Assembly (NCBI RefSeq): GCF_006345805.1
Contig: NC_042998.1
Span: 165,664,001 to 165,728,000, forward strand
From: Octopus sinensis
Lineage: Eukaryota
Direction of reading: 5' to 3'
Length of the DNA stretch: 64,000 nucleotides
Shown: in pieces, positions 14,923 through 28,160 of the stretch
How the letters are laid out: every line of letters starts with the position of its first letter
Numbering within the stretch: position 1 is the stretch's first letter
Made by a program: the position numbers and the translations under genes
Notes under the pieces: generated by a model
What the model saw: the letters and a program-made list of their open reading frames with translations, nothing else
Databases searched by the model: none
Told to the model about the DNA's origin: nothing

Positions 14923-15934
14923 CTGAAAATTAACGAACAGTACAAGAAATACAAAGACAGTATTTTTATAAATATTCCAGGTTATTTACTCTTCATAACA
15001 AATCAATTGTCCTTCAACCGAGTCAATATTGAAAATGTCCTCATTTCTTTTACTAACACACTCAATTTATTTAATATTTAACCGATTTTGTTTTCCTGTA
15101 TAAAGCACATCTCTAGTTCTATGTAAATAGAAAATGACAAGTTATTCAGAAAATCATGCGCTGAACAATTTGGATTTAACGTAGGAGTGTCTGTCACTGG
15201 TTTATACAAAAATGGCAGATATTCTGCTATATTTCCTTTTGATCTTTCAAATCTATATTTCGTTCCAACTAATTCGTTAGTCGAAATTAACTAAATTGCA
15301 ATAATTACAGTTGTGAGGCGGTGAGCTGGCGGAATCGTTAGCAACGCTGGGCAAAATGCTTGGCGGCATTCCGTCCGCCTGCATGTTCTGAGTTCAAACT
15401 CTGCCGAGGTCGATTTTGTCCTTCATCGTTCCGGAGTTCGATAAAATAAGTACCAGTTAAGCACTGGGGTCGATTAGACTGTCTTAGCACCTCCCCGAAA
15501 TTGGTAGCCTTGTGCAAGACTTTTAAGCCAATAATTACAGCTGTGGAGTTTAGTTATAAAGAAGTCAATGTTAAATTAATCGATATTGTTACAGGTAAAC
15601 AGAGTAGCACTTGTAAATTTTGGAAAGTAGTCGAAACCTAGATAAAGTCCCATGAATTCAGTTTGTTTTGGGATCACCGTCATATCGTCATATGTTTTCA
15701 GTTTACAGTAACATCCACATCAACATAAAAAAACTATTGTGAATCTTAAATCAATACTGTAAACCATCAAACTAACGTACATTTTTTAGTAGTTGCGACA
15801 TTCTATTACTGAATCTCTCGCTCTCTCTCTCCCTCTCTCTCTCTCTCTCTATCGCTCTCTCACACACACACACACATACACGTACATACATTTTTTACAG
15901 CTATCAGCTAAGTAAAACAGGGGACGTTCTAAAC

Positions 15935-16051
15935 CAGGCGTGATTATCCTTTTTCGAGAAGCGGGCCACATCGGACATGGCACATCATCAGGCAGATCCA
16001 CACTACTGAGAAAAGGAAAACGACCCACGGGCTACAGTTTGTCCATGACTG
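15935..16051. mobile_element. Small degenerate hAT-like MITE; related end motifs at 11768-11804 and 20440-20475
   Basis: Ends cagg...ttcgagaagcgggccacat and gggctacagtttgtccatgactg. Weak 8-bp TSD (ttctaaac/ttccaggc). The motif gcggccc(a/t)cttctcgaa recurs, inverted, at two other loci. Confidence 0.45.
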
Positions 16052-16231
16052 TTCCAGGCGTTGTGGAAAGCAAAATAAATTATGACAATATACAAACTGG
16101 AGAATTTCGATTACTGTAGTTGACATATTTACTGACCAATATGTTTAGTAATCCTCGTTTTCTGTTGAATGAAGCTACCAATGGTAGTGTGTATATATAT
16201 ATATATATATATAATATATATATATATATAT

Positions 16232-16442
16232 ACTCTTTTTACTCTTTTACTTGTTTCAGTCATTTGACTGCGGCCATGCTGGAGCACCGCCTTTAGTCGA
16301 CCAAATCGACCCCAGGACTTATTCTTTGTACGCCTAGTACTTATTCTATCGGTCTTCTCTTTTGCCGAACCGCTAAGTTACGGGGACGTAAACACACAAG
16401 CATCGGTTGTCAAGCAATGTTGGGAACAACACCGACACATAC

Positions 16443-16473
<31 letters not shown>

Positions 16474-16642
16474 CATACATACGACGGGCTTCTTTCAGTT
16501 TCCGTCTACCAAATCCACTCACAAGGCTTTGGTCGACCCGAGGCTATAGTAGAAGACACTTGCCTAAGGTGCCACGCATTGGGACTGAACCCGGAACCAT
16601 GTGGCTGGTAAGCAAGCTACTTACCACACAGCCACTCCTGCG

Positions 16643-16648
<6 letters not shown>
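16232..16648 (-). mobile_element. tRNA-derived SINE family B with an internal microsatellite; other copies at 38955-39352-, 51955-52400-, 60625-60990+, and partial at 13940-14130, 14340-14475, 38400-38620, 51015-51270
   Basis: Conserved tacttgtttcagtcatttgactg..ttagtcga..gtacttattctatcgg..gtaaacac-(CA/TA)n-acgacgggcttctttcagtttccg..taccacacagccac. Confidence 0.85.
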
Positions 16649-16710
<62 letters not shown>

Positions 16711-17033
16711 CCTTTTCGTTTGTTTTTCTCGTTTGTTTTCTTGTTTATTTTGATTTCTCGTATTGTATTTTCTTTTTATTTCTCGTTTTGTATTTTCTTG
16801 TACATGTATTTTTATCTTGTATTTTATTGTGCAGTTTTATTGTTACGTCCTGTTTGTTGTTACATTTTTCTTGCTTGTTTTACCCCTCTGCGAGGTAATT
16901 TTATTTTAATTCTCTCGCAGGAAGGCCTAGTTTGACGAGTCGTGTCCTGTCTTGCCTTCGAAACACGCTTGAGTCTAACTTGCGACAGCTGATGATTGGG
17001 GATTTTTCCTTGTGTAGTATGTCCTGTACCTTG

Positions 17034-17154
17034 TTTTTCTGTTGTAAAAAAATGTTTTTCCCGTTTTCGTTTCTCGTCCAGTTCCACGTCTCTGTTTTTT
17101 CTGTTGTAAAAAAATGGCTTTTCCGTTTTCGTTTTCTCGTTGAGTTCTACGTCT
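17034..17154. repeat. ~60-bp imperfect direct tandem repeat
   Basis: tttttctgttgtaaaaaaatg..ttttc(c)cgttttcgttt..ctcgt..agttc(c/t)acgtct x2. Confidence 0.8.
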
Positions 17155-17265
17155 AGTTGTGGTGTCCTGTACTCACGTATATATATTTATATATGCATGT
17201 ATATATACATGTAAATGTAGATACGTACATATATGTTTGTATGTATGCATATATTTTATTTATTA

Positions 17266-17326
<61 letters not shown>

Positions 17327-17852
17327 ATAATAATAATAATAACAAAGGGTAAAATTAATTAATAATAGAATTTTCTCCCTGATAACAAACTACAGATTTT
17401 TTCTATAGTAGTTTACTTGAAGACACACGAGGAGAGGCAGGGGAAGGTAATTGAACCTCATTCATGTTTTGAATTTGGCGGTACTAACACTGAATATTAT
17501 CTGTCTGATACCGTTAGGTGGAGAGATATGTTCTATTATTCCAGTACCTTCGAATTTAATATTTCAATATTTAATTATTGATGGGGTCCTATGCTGAAGA
17601 GGAAAACGGTTGGTAAAGTATAATTCTATATTCTTTATTCCAATCTAATTCCGAAACGCGCGTCCATAGGTGACCAGATATTGATTGATTTTCGTTACTT
17701 TTTTCCTCTCTGCCAGTGTGGATTGTTTTCAAGTATTTTGATTTTTCTGGGAGTCCCTTTTTAAAGTAGAAGAAATAGCTAACGTTTTTTGGCTGCTATT
17801 TCTAAACTTCGGTATGTGGTAAAGCAAATCTTTGCTGAACTCTAACTATTAA

Positions 17853-17854
<2 letters not shown>

Positions 17855-17928
<74 letters not shown>

Positions 17929-18028
17929 GTATATATAAATGTATATGTATATGTATATATGTATATGTATATATATATGTATATGTATATGTATATATAT
18001 GTATATATATGTATATATATATATGTAT

Positions 18029-18059
<31 letters not shown>

Positions 18060-18088
18060 ATATATATATATATATGTATATATATATG

Positions 18089-18126
<38 letters not shown>

Positions 18127-18131
18127 TGTGT

Positions 18132-18219
<88 letters not shown>

Positions 18220-18220
18220 T
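17855..18220. repeat. Large compound (AT)n/(ATGT)n microsatellite
   Basis: Directly visible; source of ORFs 17939 and 18106. Confidence 0.95.
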
Positions 18221-18924
18221 ATTCTGCCAGCTCTCAGCCTTATCTCTCCTTTATAATTAATAACAATTATCTTGACCTTGTTAATGGTTATTTTGTTTAT
18301 TGTTCAAAACAACATCAATTTATATAAATTCAACTTCTTTAAACACAAGCAATGGCTCTTCATTTCAATACTGTCCTTAATACGAGAAACAAGCAAGCTT
18401 CTATGTGGTCCTATACCTGCTACAATTAGCAACCAAATTTTCCTCAAATCATATCGCCCTTACCGTCTTAAAAATAGAAGTGTTATAGAATGTAGCTCGT
18501 GGTATACCATGTCCGAAATGAAAAGAAGGGTTGATTACAGTTGGATTGCTATCGATCATGAGTCTGCTCAAACAGGGCCGATTTAATGCTAAACAACCAC
18601 ACTTACCATTTAGAGGTGGGACTAGAAAAAATTGTGTCTCATTAAATAATAAATGAATACGTATCATTATATCACCGTATAAATTTTCTTGCAGGAGTGT
18701 TACCGACTTTTGTTTGCTTCCTTTAAATCCATCATCTTTTTTAAGTTGCCCGTCAATGAATCCACTAGCTATATTTTAGATTGAAAATCAGTCAAGCATC
18801 TTTATCGCACTCTCGCCGATCCCATCATTCCATCAAATCTGATGTACCTCACAGTTCACTTATATCTCGTTTAATTTTACTTCCAGATCGATCTAATCTA
18901 AACTTGTGATACAATTACAGATGC

Positions 18925-19410
18925 TAGTACAGAAATGCGCCAGTCCCAACATCCGATCCTAAGAAGAGAGATTGGTAAAAAAGCCAAACTTGCTATCTTC
19001 AGTTCGGTTTTCGTGCCTACCCTCACCTATGATATGAATGTTGGGCAATGGCCGAAAGAGTACGATCGTGAATACAAGTTGCCGAAATGGGCTTCCTCTG
19101 AAGGATCACCAGAATAACGTTACTCAAGAAGTGAGTAACCGGAGAGCGGGGAGCGGCTACTACACTGGCACTACGGATATGTGATTAGAATGTCACAGGA
19201 AAGAATCGCAAAAACAGATTCAAGACGAGCCAACCAGTAGGAGGCCTAGGGGTAAACCAAGAGCGAAATGGTTGGATAATATCAATAACCTCATTTGGTT
19301 ACGCTTGGGAATCCAGCCGGAAAATCTTATGACGGTTGTTTTTGATAGGACCTTATAGAGGAGGAGCTTGATTCTCCCAGGAATAGTGACCGGAGAAGAT
19401 GGCTGGATGG
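18925..19410 (+). mobile_element. RTE-clade LINE 3' fragment
   Basis: KAKLAIFSSVFVPTLTY..., AEMGF.., GYVIRMSQERI.., RPRGKPRAKWLDNI across frameshifts. Confidence 0.75.
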
Positions 19411-21469
19411 AATATTATATATACACAAATATGAAATAATAACTGAATTAGCTAAATAATGGGAAGTAAGTTGAATTTCTGATACAAAATTTCTGTGGTG
19501 TTTTAATTGGTAGTATAGGCTTTAGTTAAGATATAACTAAGTTAGCTTCCTATTTTATGCCTTACATGGTAAATATTAATACAGTAGAATGTTTCATACG
19601 AAATATCTTTCTACTACTTATTTAAACAATGTCACCAAGAGCGTCCGACAATGGACGGTCAGCACATCCATTTGTTTAGTTTTGTTTGTCGTTTTTTTGT
19701 TTTGATTTTTATACTAAAAGTCGCAAGTAACTAGCAATAAAATAGGGTTCAAGCGCCTACTTAGTATTTGCTGGGGTTACAAAAGCACAAGAAAAAATAT
19801 CTAGTAGAAACGATTGCAGTGTGGAAGACGCATATTAGCCATTCAAAAGCATACAAAGACTCTTAACTTCACTTGAACATTTATTATTAATTTGGTGTCA
19901 ACATTTTCGTCGTGCAAACTGGTCATTAACAAAACTAAGTGACAAATTCGGAATTGGTGCGACGAAAATTTTGTTACCATATAATAATAAATGTTTAAGT
20001 GGAGTTGATATTCTTCGTATGTTTTTGAATGACTAATATGTGTCTTCGACGCTGTAATTGTTTTAGTTTCGACACATGGTCTCAGATGCATGCACACCTC
20101 TGAAAATCTAATAAAAACTTACCCTAAAACGATAAAAACAGTCAATACGAGATTTAATAAGAATTACACCAAAATCATAAAGGAAGGGAGTTCCGTAAAA
20201 CAAATGTTCGAGAAAGAAACTACTAGAATAGAAAGTCTTAAAAGAGAAGACAACAAAAGTAATTCTTAAGGAATAAAGAGAAGAAATTTGGGTAAGGCGA
20301 CGTCTTGAATTCTTATCTTTATAATATAGAACAGTCATGAGCAAACTAAGGCCCGCTGGAATTTCTGGTTGGTACGCCTAACAAAAAATTATCTTCAAAT
20401 TTTTAGCAGTGCGGTCCGCCTGGTGAAGAGCCATGTTTTATGCGGCCCTCTTCTCGAAAAATTTCGCCCAACTTGACTTCAGATACAAGCACAGGCATTT
20501 CTAAGCGAGAAGGTTAGTTGATTCCAATGACCCAAGTACTTGATTGATACTTTGTTTATCGACCTCAGAAAAATGGGAGGCAACGTTGACTTCGGCAGGA
20601 TTGGAACTCAGAACATAAAAACTGGAAGATATAATGCAAAGTATTTTTCCCGACGCTTTAACGATCCTGCCAGCTCAAAAATCGATTTTGCTTCTATCTC
20701 GTGATAGTGACGATATTGAATTTCTACAGATGGGAAGTAAAGTTATTGATGACATACGTCATTCTTCATTCACTTTAAACGTCATCTGATTTGTTAATAG
20801 GACAAATCCTAATTCTCTCGGAAATTTACTTTGCTTTACAAATCACCCTCAACCTGATTTACGGAAAGAGCTGTCAAACGCTAACCAATACACATCTACC
20901 CTATGTTAAACAGTATAAATAAGGAATGTGAGTCATCTATTTCTCTCACAATTCTACTATCACAATATATATATAAAGTGAAATGACGTAAAAGGAAATT
21001 ACTTCAAAGACGACTCGAAATCACATTGCAGCTTCAACTCAGCAAGAACCTATCTCTTTCAACGGTTTCATAAAGATTTTTCTGGTTTATTAACAATTAC
21101 TCAGTTTCTAATTTCTTTTTTACAAATTTCTCCAAATCTGCTTTTAGTCTGTAATCCTTCCATTTATTCATTGTTAATGTTGACTTAAATATATTCAGGC
21201 GTACGTGAAATGTTCAAATATAAAATAATAAAGAAAATATCGATTTCAGTGAGATAGAATCTGGACGAAAAGTTGATTACTTTAGAAAAAAATGACCTAG
21301 TGGAACACCAAAGGTCCACGAATCAAGTCATCGCATGGAAACTTCCTCATGGGAGGAGAAGCTATGGATGTCATTTCTTAACAACTACCAAGACTCCAAT
21401 GGATGACAGTTGTACTGTAACTGTCGATGAACTTAGCACACTAATAATTCTCATTTTCTACTGTTAGCA

Positions 21470-21801
21470 TGGCTCAGTGGTTAGAGCGTCGAGCTTACGA
21501 TCGTGAGGTTGTGAGCTCTAATCCCGGTCCGGGCTGCGTGTTGTGTTCTTGAGCAAAGCACTTTATTTTCACGTTGCTCCAGTTCACTCAGCTGTAGAAA
21601 TGAGTTGCGACGTCACAGGTGCCAAGCTGTATCGACCTTTGTCTTTCCTTTGGATAACACTGGTGGCGTGGAGAGGGGAGGCTGGTATGCATGGGCGACT
21701 GCTGGTCTTCCATAAACAACCTTGCCCGGACTTGTGTCTAGGAGGGTAACTTTCTAGGTGCAATCCCATGGTCATTCATGACCGAAAGGGGTCTTTACCC
21801 T
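21470..21801 (+). mobile_element. tRNA-derived SINE family C (CORE-like middle) with an 11-bp TSD
   Basis: tggctcagtggttagagcgtcg head and cttgagcaaagcactttat..ttcactcagctgtagaaatg core. TSD tactgttagca at 21459-69 and 21802-12. Confidence 0.88.
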
Positions 21802-22880
21802 TACTGTTAGCACAAAGCCTAAAACTTAGTGGAAAACGGGGTTAGTTGATTACATCGACCCCAGTGCTCAACTAGTACTTAATTTATGACCCCAAAAGAG
21901 AAGAAAGGTAAAGTCGACCTCGGTGGAATTTGAACATCTGGCGTATTAACGTTTCTGCCGGCTTGCTGCCTTATTAGAACATTAATTAAGGAAGCCATTG
22001 TAAGCGACGAAAGTAGAAGTTGTAGTCGATAGATGATGATGATAATTATTGAGAAAATGTTAATAGATCTTACTATTTCATTAAACGCGAAATACGGTGC
22101 TGTTATTATTGTTTCAGCTAATAAACCCAAACTTTATCTTACAAAGACATTTTATGAAAACAAAATCCATAAACATATCTATCATTCTCAAATTATAGTT
22201 TTAGCTGTTTTCAATTTATTCTGCTCGGTAATTTAAACAGCAGATCTAAATTCATATTCCATAACACCAATATTTTAATTAGTCTTTCATTTTTATTTCT
22301 CTCTTTCTTTCTTTCTCTCTTTCTCAATATCTGCATATCACTGTTGTGTGCATCTCTAATATATATATATATAATCAATTAAGAATTAAACGCAGCGCTA
22401 GTGTTGTAAACATTATCAACCGCGCATACTCAAAGTATGTGTTTCTCTTGTTCGCTGGTACGCGATGACTCTCTCATAGCACTGAGATGGTGGTGGTGGT
22501 GGTGGCAGCGGCGGCGGCGGTAGTGGTGTATGTATTGGTTTTCGTGTTAGTCATGATGGTGACGGTGAGGTTGAGAGTATTCTAGTTGGTGCCAATGGAC
22601 ACATTATCCATGCTGCTGCTGCTGTTTAATTTCAAGTTAATCTTCAACGACCCAAAATCTAAGATATTTCATTTAGCATTTGAAAGTACACTAGTGGACC
22701 ACCTTATTTCATGCAGTTGCTTTTAGTTTCAGATGGAGTTGCTTATAATGTACATACTATTGTTGCTATTGTTGGTGGTTATTAAGGAGTTACTGGGCTG
22801 ATAATGGTTGAATTCGTTTGATGCTCATGCTGATTGTAATGCTGTTAATGGTAGAGAATGGTAGTGGTTGATATACTCCC

Positions 22881-22977
<97 letters not shown>

Positions 22978-22982
22978 TAGAC

Positions 22983-23062
<80 letters not shown>

Positions 23063-24292
23063 TAACAATTGTAACTCAAGAAAATAAAGTATATGTGTGT
23101 GTTTATGTGCGTGTTTGTGTATGTATCGTGATAGTAGTTTGTTTTCGAATTGTTGACTGTGTGTTGATCTTCGTCAAAATGCCAACAAGCGACCTGTTGG
23201 CTAAGAAGAAAGTGTAGTTTTTAAATTCGTAAAATTTATCAAAGTTTCCGTAAGAGCAAAATTTAAGATCGTATCCCAAAATTAGAGGTCATTCTTTACA
23301 CGTAACCAGAGGGAGATGAACGTAACACGGGATATTTCTGTATATCGTTTCTGTATAATCCATAAGCAGAAATATTCGTTTGTAATATTAATACTTCAAG
23401 GTCAATATGAAATGTTTTCATTTGATTTCGATTTGAGATTTCTTTCATGTTTCATTTTTGAGAATTCTTATACATCGCTTACACAAGAAATATTCAACAA
23501 ATACGCATTGTCGTCTGCGTGCAAATATATTCATATGCAGTCGCGGTTGGTTAGCCGGTTGGTGGTGGTACCTACACGAATATTTCGGTATGATTTAACG
23601 AAAGCAAATAGAAAATCCTTCGGAAAATACAAAGAAAGAGGGAGTGAAAAGAATGACATGGCTGCATATTTTAAGACAATGTGAACATTGAACAAATGTC
23701 TTTGTTTGAAGGAAGGAAAACCTTGAGCGTTGCAACCAGGATAAGCATTTTGGCCTTGGTACTTGATATGACTATTGTATATGCTGATCCATAGTTTTCT
23801 TTTTTAAGTGCGAACTCCTAGGTCATTGAAAATAATATATTTACACATAGAAATCATTTAAAAACATTTCAAAGCAGGCCAACAGCTGAGTTCTTTACGT
23901 AACATTATTAAAAATTACTTTTGTGTAGAATCGTTTTGCTATACTAAAGTATCTGACCTTCTTTCTAAAAGATCCAAGTAATTTATATAATAAAAAGTAC
24001 ACTGAGGAAAGCCTTAAGTTTAATTAATTTAATGATTGTCAGAAAATAAAGATTTTTAATGTATCTTTTGAACTCAATAGAATGTTCCAGAAACCTTCCT
24101 TCAACTTATCTATAAATATGAAACCTTTTTAATTAATAGTTATCGCCATACTAATATGGCATTCTTAAAAATAAGAATAAAGCTGTCGCTGATTAGCTCC
24201 ATGAAGCCATCGCTTCAAGCTAGCTACTTGACACACAAACTGCGTCCGTTATTAAACCTTCGAACAGGGGAGGTCAACCTGCTAGTCCGACA

Positions 24293-24335
24293 GCTACAGA
24301 CATGTTTCAGGGTTGTTGCCCCTTATCAATGCAGC
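24293..24335 (-). ncRNA. Minimal type I hammerhead ribozyme motif (Penelope-like-element type), variant core
   Basis: Minus strand GCUGCA-UUGAUAA-GGGG-CAACAA-CCCU-GAAA-CAUG-UC/-UGUAGC: 6-bp stem I, 4-bp stem II, palindromic ACAUGU stem III and a GUC cleavage triplet. Confidence 0.7.
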
Positions 24336-24499
24336 GTAGTCAGACCTGCAGGTGACGCTTTTAATTACTTTTCATTTAAAAATATTTAAATTCATAGATC
24401 ACTTATAAACTTCCTAGAAAATGTTTGTAGGTTTATTTTTTACAAAATATATCATTTTTTTGTAAATATATTTACAAAATATATTATTTGAACCTTGAT

Positions 24500-25080
24500 G
24501 GTTCAAAGAATATAAGGCGTAAGACGTAGTGAAATGGAGTGGTAACAAGAAGTTTTGGAGCAGTCTTGTTGAATGTGCGCATTGTGGAGCAGGATGTAAA
24601 TAAATGGGAAGGTTTTTTTTTCTATGGGAATACTGCTTACGGTGTCATTTGGTTGAATAAATAGCACACAAAAAGATTCTATTACCGTTAACACGGGATC
24701 AAAAATTCTGATTACTATTTGCTATTGGTAGCGCTTGTAGGATGTGAGATGCAGTTAATGAAAGTATGTAAACATGTGGTGGATAACCTTGATTACGCAG
24801 CATCTGGATAATCGGCTTGATAAAGATATGGTTAAGGGCTTTTGTTAAGGGCTCTAAGTTTGAGTGTTTGTGTGTTGGTAAGGAATAAGAGTGGGTAATG
24901 ATAGTAACTAATGCAGAATGGCAAAACTTCCAGCTTCTGTTCCAGACAAATTATCAACATTGAAATCACCAACGACGATGATTTGCCAGAAGACTGATTA
25001 GTGAAATAACTAACTGATATAGCAGCCTTCTTAAGCGTTTCCCACGGGATCATGCCGCTAGCCTATCTTCACAGTAAACT
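24500..25080 (-). mobile_element. LINE apurinic-type endonuclease relic
   Basis: The minus strand reads QIIVVGDFNVD at ~24955-24990 and LNHIFI further on; there are multiple stops. Confidence 0.55.
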
Positions 25081-25087
25081 AGGTTTC

Positions 25088-25500
25088 CTATTTCTTTATT
25101 GCCCACAAGGGGCTAAACATAGAGGGGACAAACAAGGACAGACAAAGGGATTAAGTCGATTAGATCGACCCCAGTGCGTAACTGGTACTTTATTTATCGA
25201 CTCCGAAAGAAAAGCAAAGTCGACCATAGCGGAATTTGAACTCAGAACGTATCGGCAGACAAAATATCTATTTCTTTACTACCCACAAGGGGCTAAACAC
25301 AGAGGGGACAAACAAGGACAGACAAACGGATTAAGTCGATTATATCGACCCCAGTGCGTAACTAGTTCTTAATTTATCGACCCCGAAAGGATGAAAGGCA
25401 AAGTCGACCTCGGCGGAATTTGAACTTAGAACGTAACGGCAGACGAAATACCGCTAAGCATTTCGCCCGGCGTGCTAACGATTCTGCCAGCTCGCCGCCT
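25088..25500 (-). mobile_element. SINE family A dimer
   Basis: Two units with the same junction near 25268; the head ends ctcgccgcct at 25500. Confidence 0.88.
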
Positions 25501-25744
25501 CGCAATAAGCTAGGTTTCCACTGGGGTGTTACCCACGAGGTCATGCATCTAGGTTTACTCAGTCCTATCTACCAGTGGGCTAGGTTTCCGGTGGGAAACT
25601 TTTCAAGAAAAGTACAGTGGGAAACGGTGCGTCACGAGATCGTATTATCCCCAGAATAACAGCTTAGTCCGGATATTTGCAACGATGTGATTTCTGTCTA
25701 GAATATTCGAAGGATAGGTGGCGGAATTGAGACTCGTGGTGTGG

Positions 25745-25782
<38 letters not shown>

Positions 25783-25783
25783 A

Positions 25784-25823
<40 letters not shown>

Positions 25824-26819
25824 ACACACACACACACATCGAATAACACATTTCAACCTGATAAAAGGCAAACTAGAAAAGAGTTCTTTGTTACTTGAAT
25901 ACCACATTCCTAACTCTAATTTTATTTAAGGTATGCTCACAGAATTTCATTTTTTCTTTAAACGGAATATTAACGTTCTTAACTTAAAGGAATAGTTCTT
26001 CATTTAAACCAGCAGTTTGATAGTTAACGTGTTTAAAACCTAATGAGTCGGATTAATTTCAGGTTCTGTAAATACTGACACGGGCCTGTGACCTGTACTT
26101 GACTTCAGTGATCTAACTGTCACTATTGTTGTCAAGGGATTAGCGTAAAGTCAAAAAGAGTGCAGACTTTCAGATCTAAACATACCAAACATGACACCTG
26201 TTGATTGTATAAATCAAGTTTTCTTTTGTGTGTTGTAATTGTTGTTTGTTGTGGATACACGCGTTTTACAGAGCTCGGCTTAGAAAATATTTTCTTCCAA
26301 GATTACTTTAAGGTAATTTGGGTAGAGCGTATTTTAACAACAAAGGTTTTTGGAATATTTGAAGATCCTCACCATTATCCTACGGTAAAAAAGAAGATTC
26401 TTTCTAAGATATTTTTTATTGTATACACATATTTTTGCAAACATTCATTTTGCTTGGTTTATTAGTGGTTCAGTATGGTCATCTTTGCAGTAGCGGCGTA
26501 AGCTGTTAACCACAAAGACGGTAGCTGTGAATACGACCCCAATTTTTCAAAACACAAAAATATACTTAAAAACAGAAACAAAAATTCGACGATAAACAAA
26601 AAATAACAGCCTCACTTACACAAACACTTATTGTTTAAGGGAAAACGCAAACTTAAATGACATCATCAAAAGCACTGAAAAACACAATAACAATTCATCC
26701 TTCGCCAGTTTTGCACATCCGATGGAAATACTGCGCATAGGTTAACTTTTTACAAATTTACTTAGAAAAGGTCGAGAAGGAATTTCTTTATAATCGAGGA
26801 CTAATACAGAATATAGGGA

Positions 26820-27170
26820 AAGTGTACCACACCACTACAAGCTGGCACCACAGTAGATGGTGGAAAGAAATACAAGGATCATGGCAAAAGATACTGGCAT
26901 GGCTGTTGACCTTTGACTGTGACATCGTATGGACAGGTTGTGAGTTCATGGTTCATATACAACATGCGATCGTATAGAGTCTGTATGAACGTCGAGGCTC
27001 TGATGACCCTCGAACATCACAAGGTTATCGCGGTGTTGTACAACAATGAAAAAGCAGAAAGTAAATATGTGCTTGTGCAGGACAGAAGATTTAGTTGCTG
27101 TATGTGTGGTAACATCAGCCACCTAAAGACACTCTGTTTAGAAGAGGAAAAGCAAAGGGCTGTTAAATAA
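26820..27170 (+). mobile_element. Degenerate gag-like ORF1 fragment with a CCHC zinc knuckle (L1/Tx1-like)
   Basis: ORF 26913-27170 ends in C-CM-C-GNIS-H-LKTL-C (CX2CX4HX4C). The clade assignment is inference. Confidence 0.45.
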
Positions 27171-27619
27171 TCAGGGAGAGTAAAATACAAAAATCTTCCT
27201 TATCAATAACAATAATAGCTCTATCTTCTATATTCTCTACTATATTCACAAGGCCTGAAATTTGGAGAAGGGGGACATTCGATTACATTGACCCCGGTTC
27301 TCAACTGGTATTTATATCATTTACCTCGGAAGGATGAAAAGCTAAGTCAACCTTGGCGGAATTTGAACTCTGAACGTAAAGACGGACGAGATGCTGCTAA
27401 GCATTTTGTCCAGCATGTTACGATTCTGCCAATTCGTCTTATAAGAAGAGGAACCCTTTCTATTATAGGCACAAGGCCTGAAATTTGGAGGGGAGGGGGA
27501 CATTCGATTACATCGACCCCAGTATTCAACTGGTACTTAATTTATCGACTCCGAAAGGATGAAAGGTAAAGTCGACCTCGGAGGAATTTGAACTCAGAAC
27601 GTAAGGACAGACGAAATCC

Positions 27620-28160
27620 CAATTCAAATAGACCAGGTTCTTGAGCACAACAAACCGGATCTAGTGGTGTTGGATAAAGTAAACCACATGTGCTCCATAA
27701 TTGATGTGACATGCCCATTTGACCCACGGACAGTTAAGAAGGTTGACGTATGCAGTCCTCTGGAAGATGAGAAAGGTGAAGATAGTGGTGGTTATTGTTG
27801 GGATCTTGAGGGCAGTATCAAAAGATATTGAGAAAAAAACATAAAGTAAATAAGAATAGTGTGTCCGGTAGAGTTTGCCTCCTTGGAACGCCTCCTTGGC
27901 ACGCTCAGAATCATTAGGAAAGTATTAGATAGTTGAAGAGAACGACTAGCATGGTACCGTAAACTACAGGTAACAAGCCCACTACTCATGCAAAAATTCA
28001 AGAGTTCCAAAAGAAGACGAAGAAGAAGAAGACGAAGAAGAAGAAGAAGAAGAAGAAGAAGAAGAAGAAGAAGAAGAAGAAGAAGAAGAAGAAGAAGAAG
28101 AAGAAGAATCAGCATTGCTTGGAACTGCTAGAATTATTCTCAGGGTTCTTGAAGCATGAC
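27620..28160 (+). mobile_element. R4/Dong-like LINE 3' fragment, interrupted by (AAG)n
   Basis: KPDLVVLDKVNHMCSIIDVTCPFD (PD..D endonuclease motif) at ~27650-27725. The 3' end resembles ALLGTARIILRVLEA* after the (GAA)n run at 28011-28108. Confidence 0.65.

Noticed and set aside
16950-17005. GAAAC...GTC...CTGATGA as a possible type II hammerhead
   Set aside because: Stems I and II cannot form, and position 10.1 is not G.
20055-20095. CUGA-gac/gtc-GAAAC motif on the minus strand
   Set aside because: The core lacks three nucleotides and the cleavage triplet; at most it is a very decayed relic. The similar 61567 motif lacks GAAA.
21470-21545. tRNA-like sequences at SINE heads
   Set aside because: There is no complete cloverleaf, and each continues into a SINE body; the 21470 copy has a TSD.
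26205-26465. ORF with a signal-peptide-like N-terminus and a candidate 41-nt exon (26272-26312)
   Set aside because: It has a TTG start directly after a stop, the hydrophobicity comes from (TTG)-rich low complexity, and the candidate exon ends in phase 0, incompatible with exon 33335.
26985-27025. CTGATGA...GAAC as a possible hammerhead
   Set aside because: There is no stem II between the motifs and no GAAA or NUH geometry.
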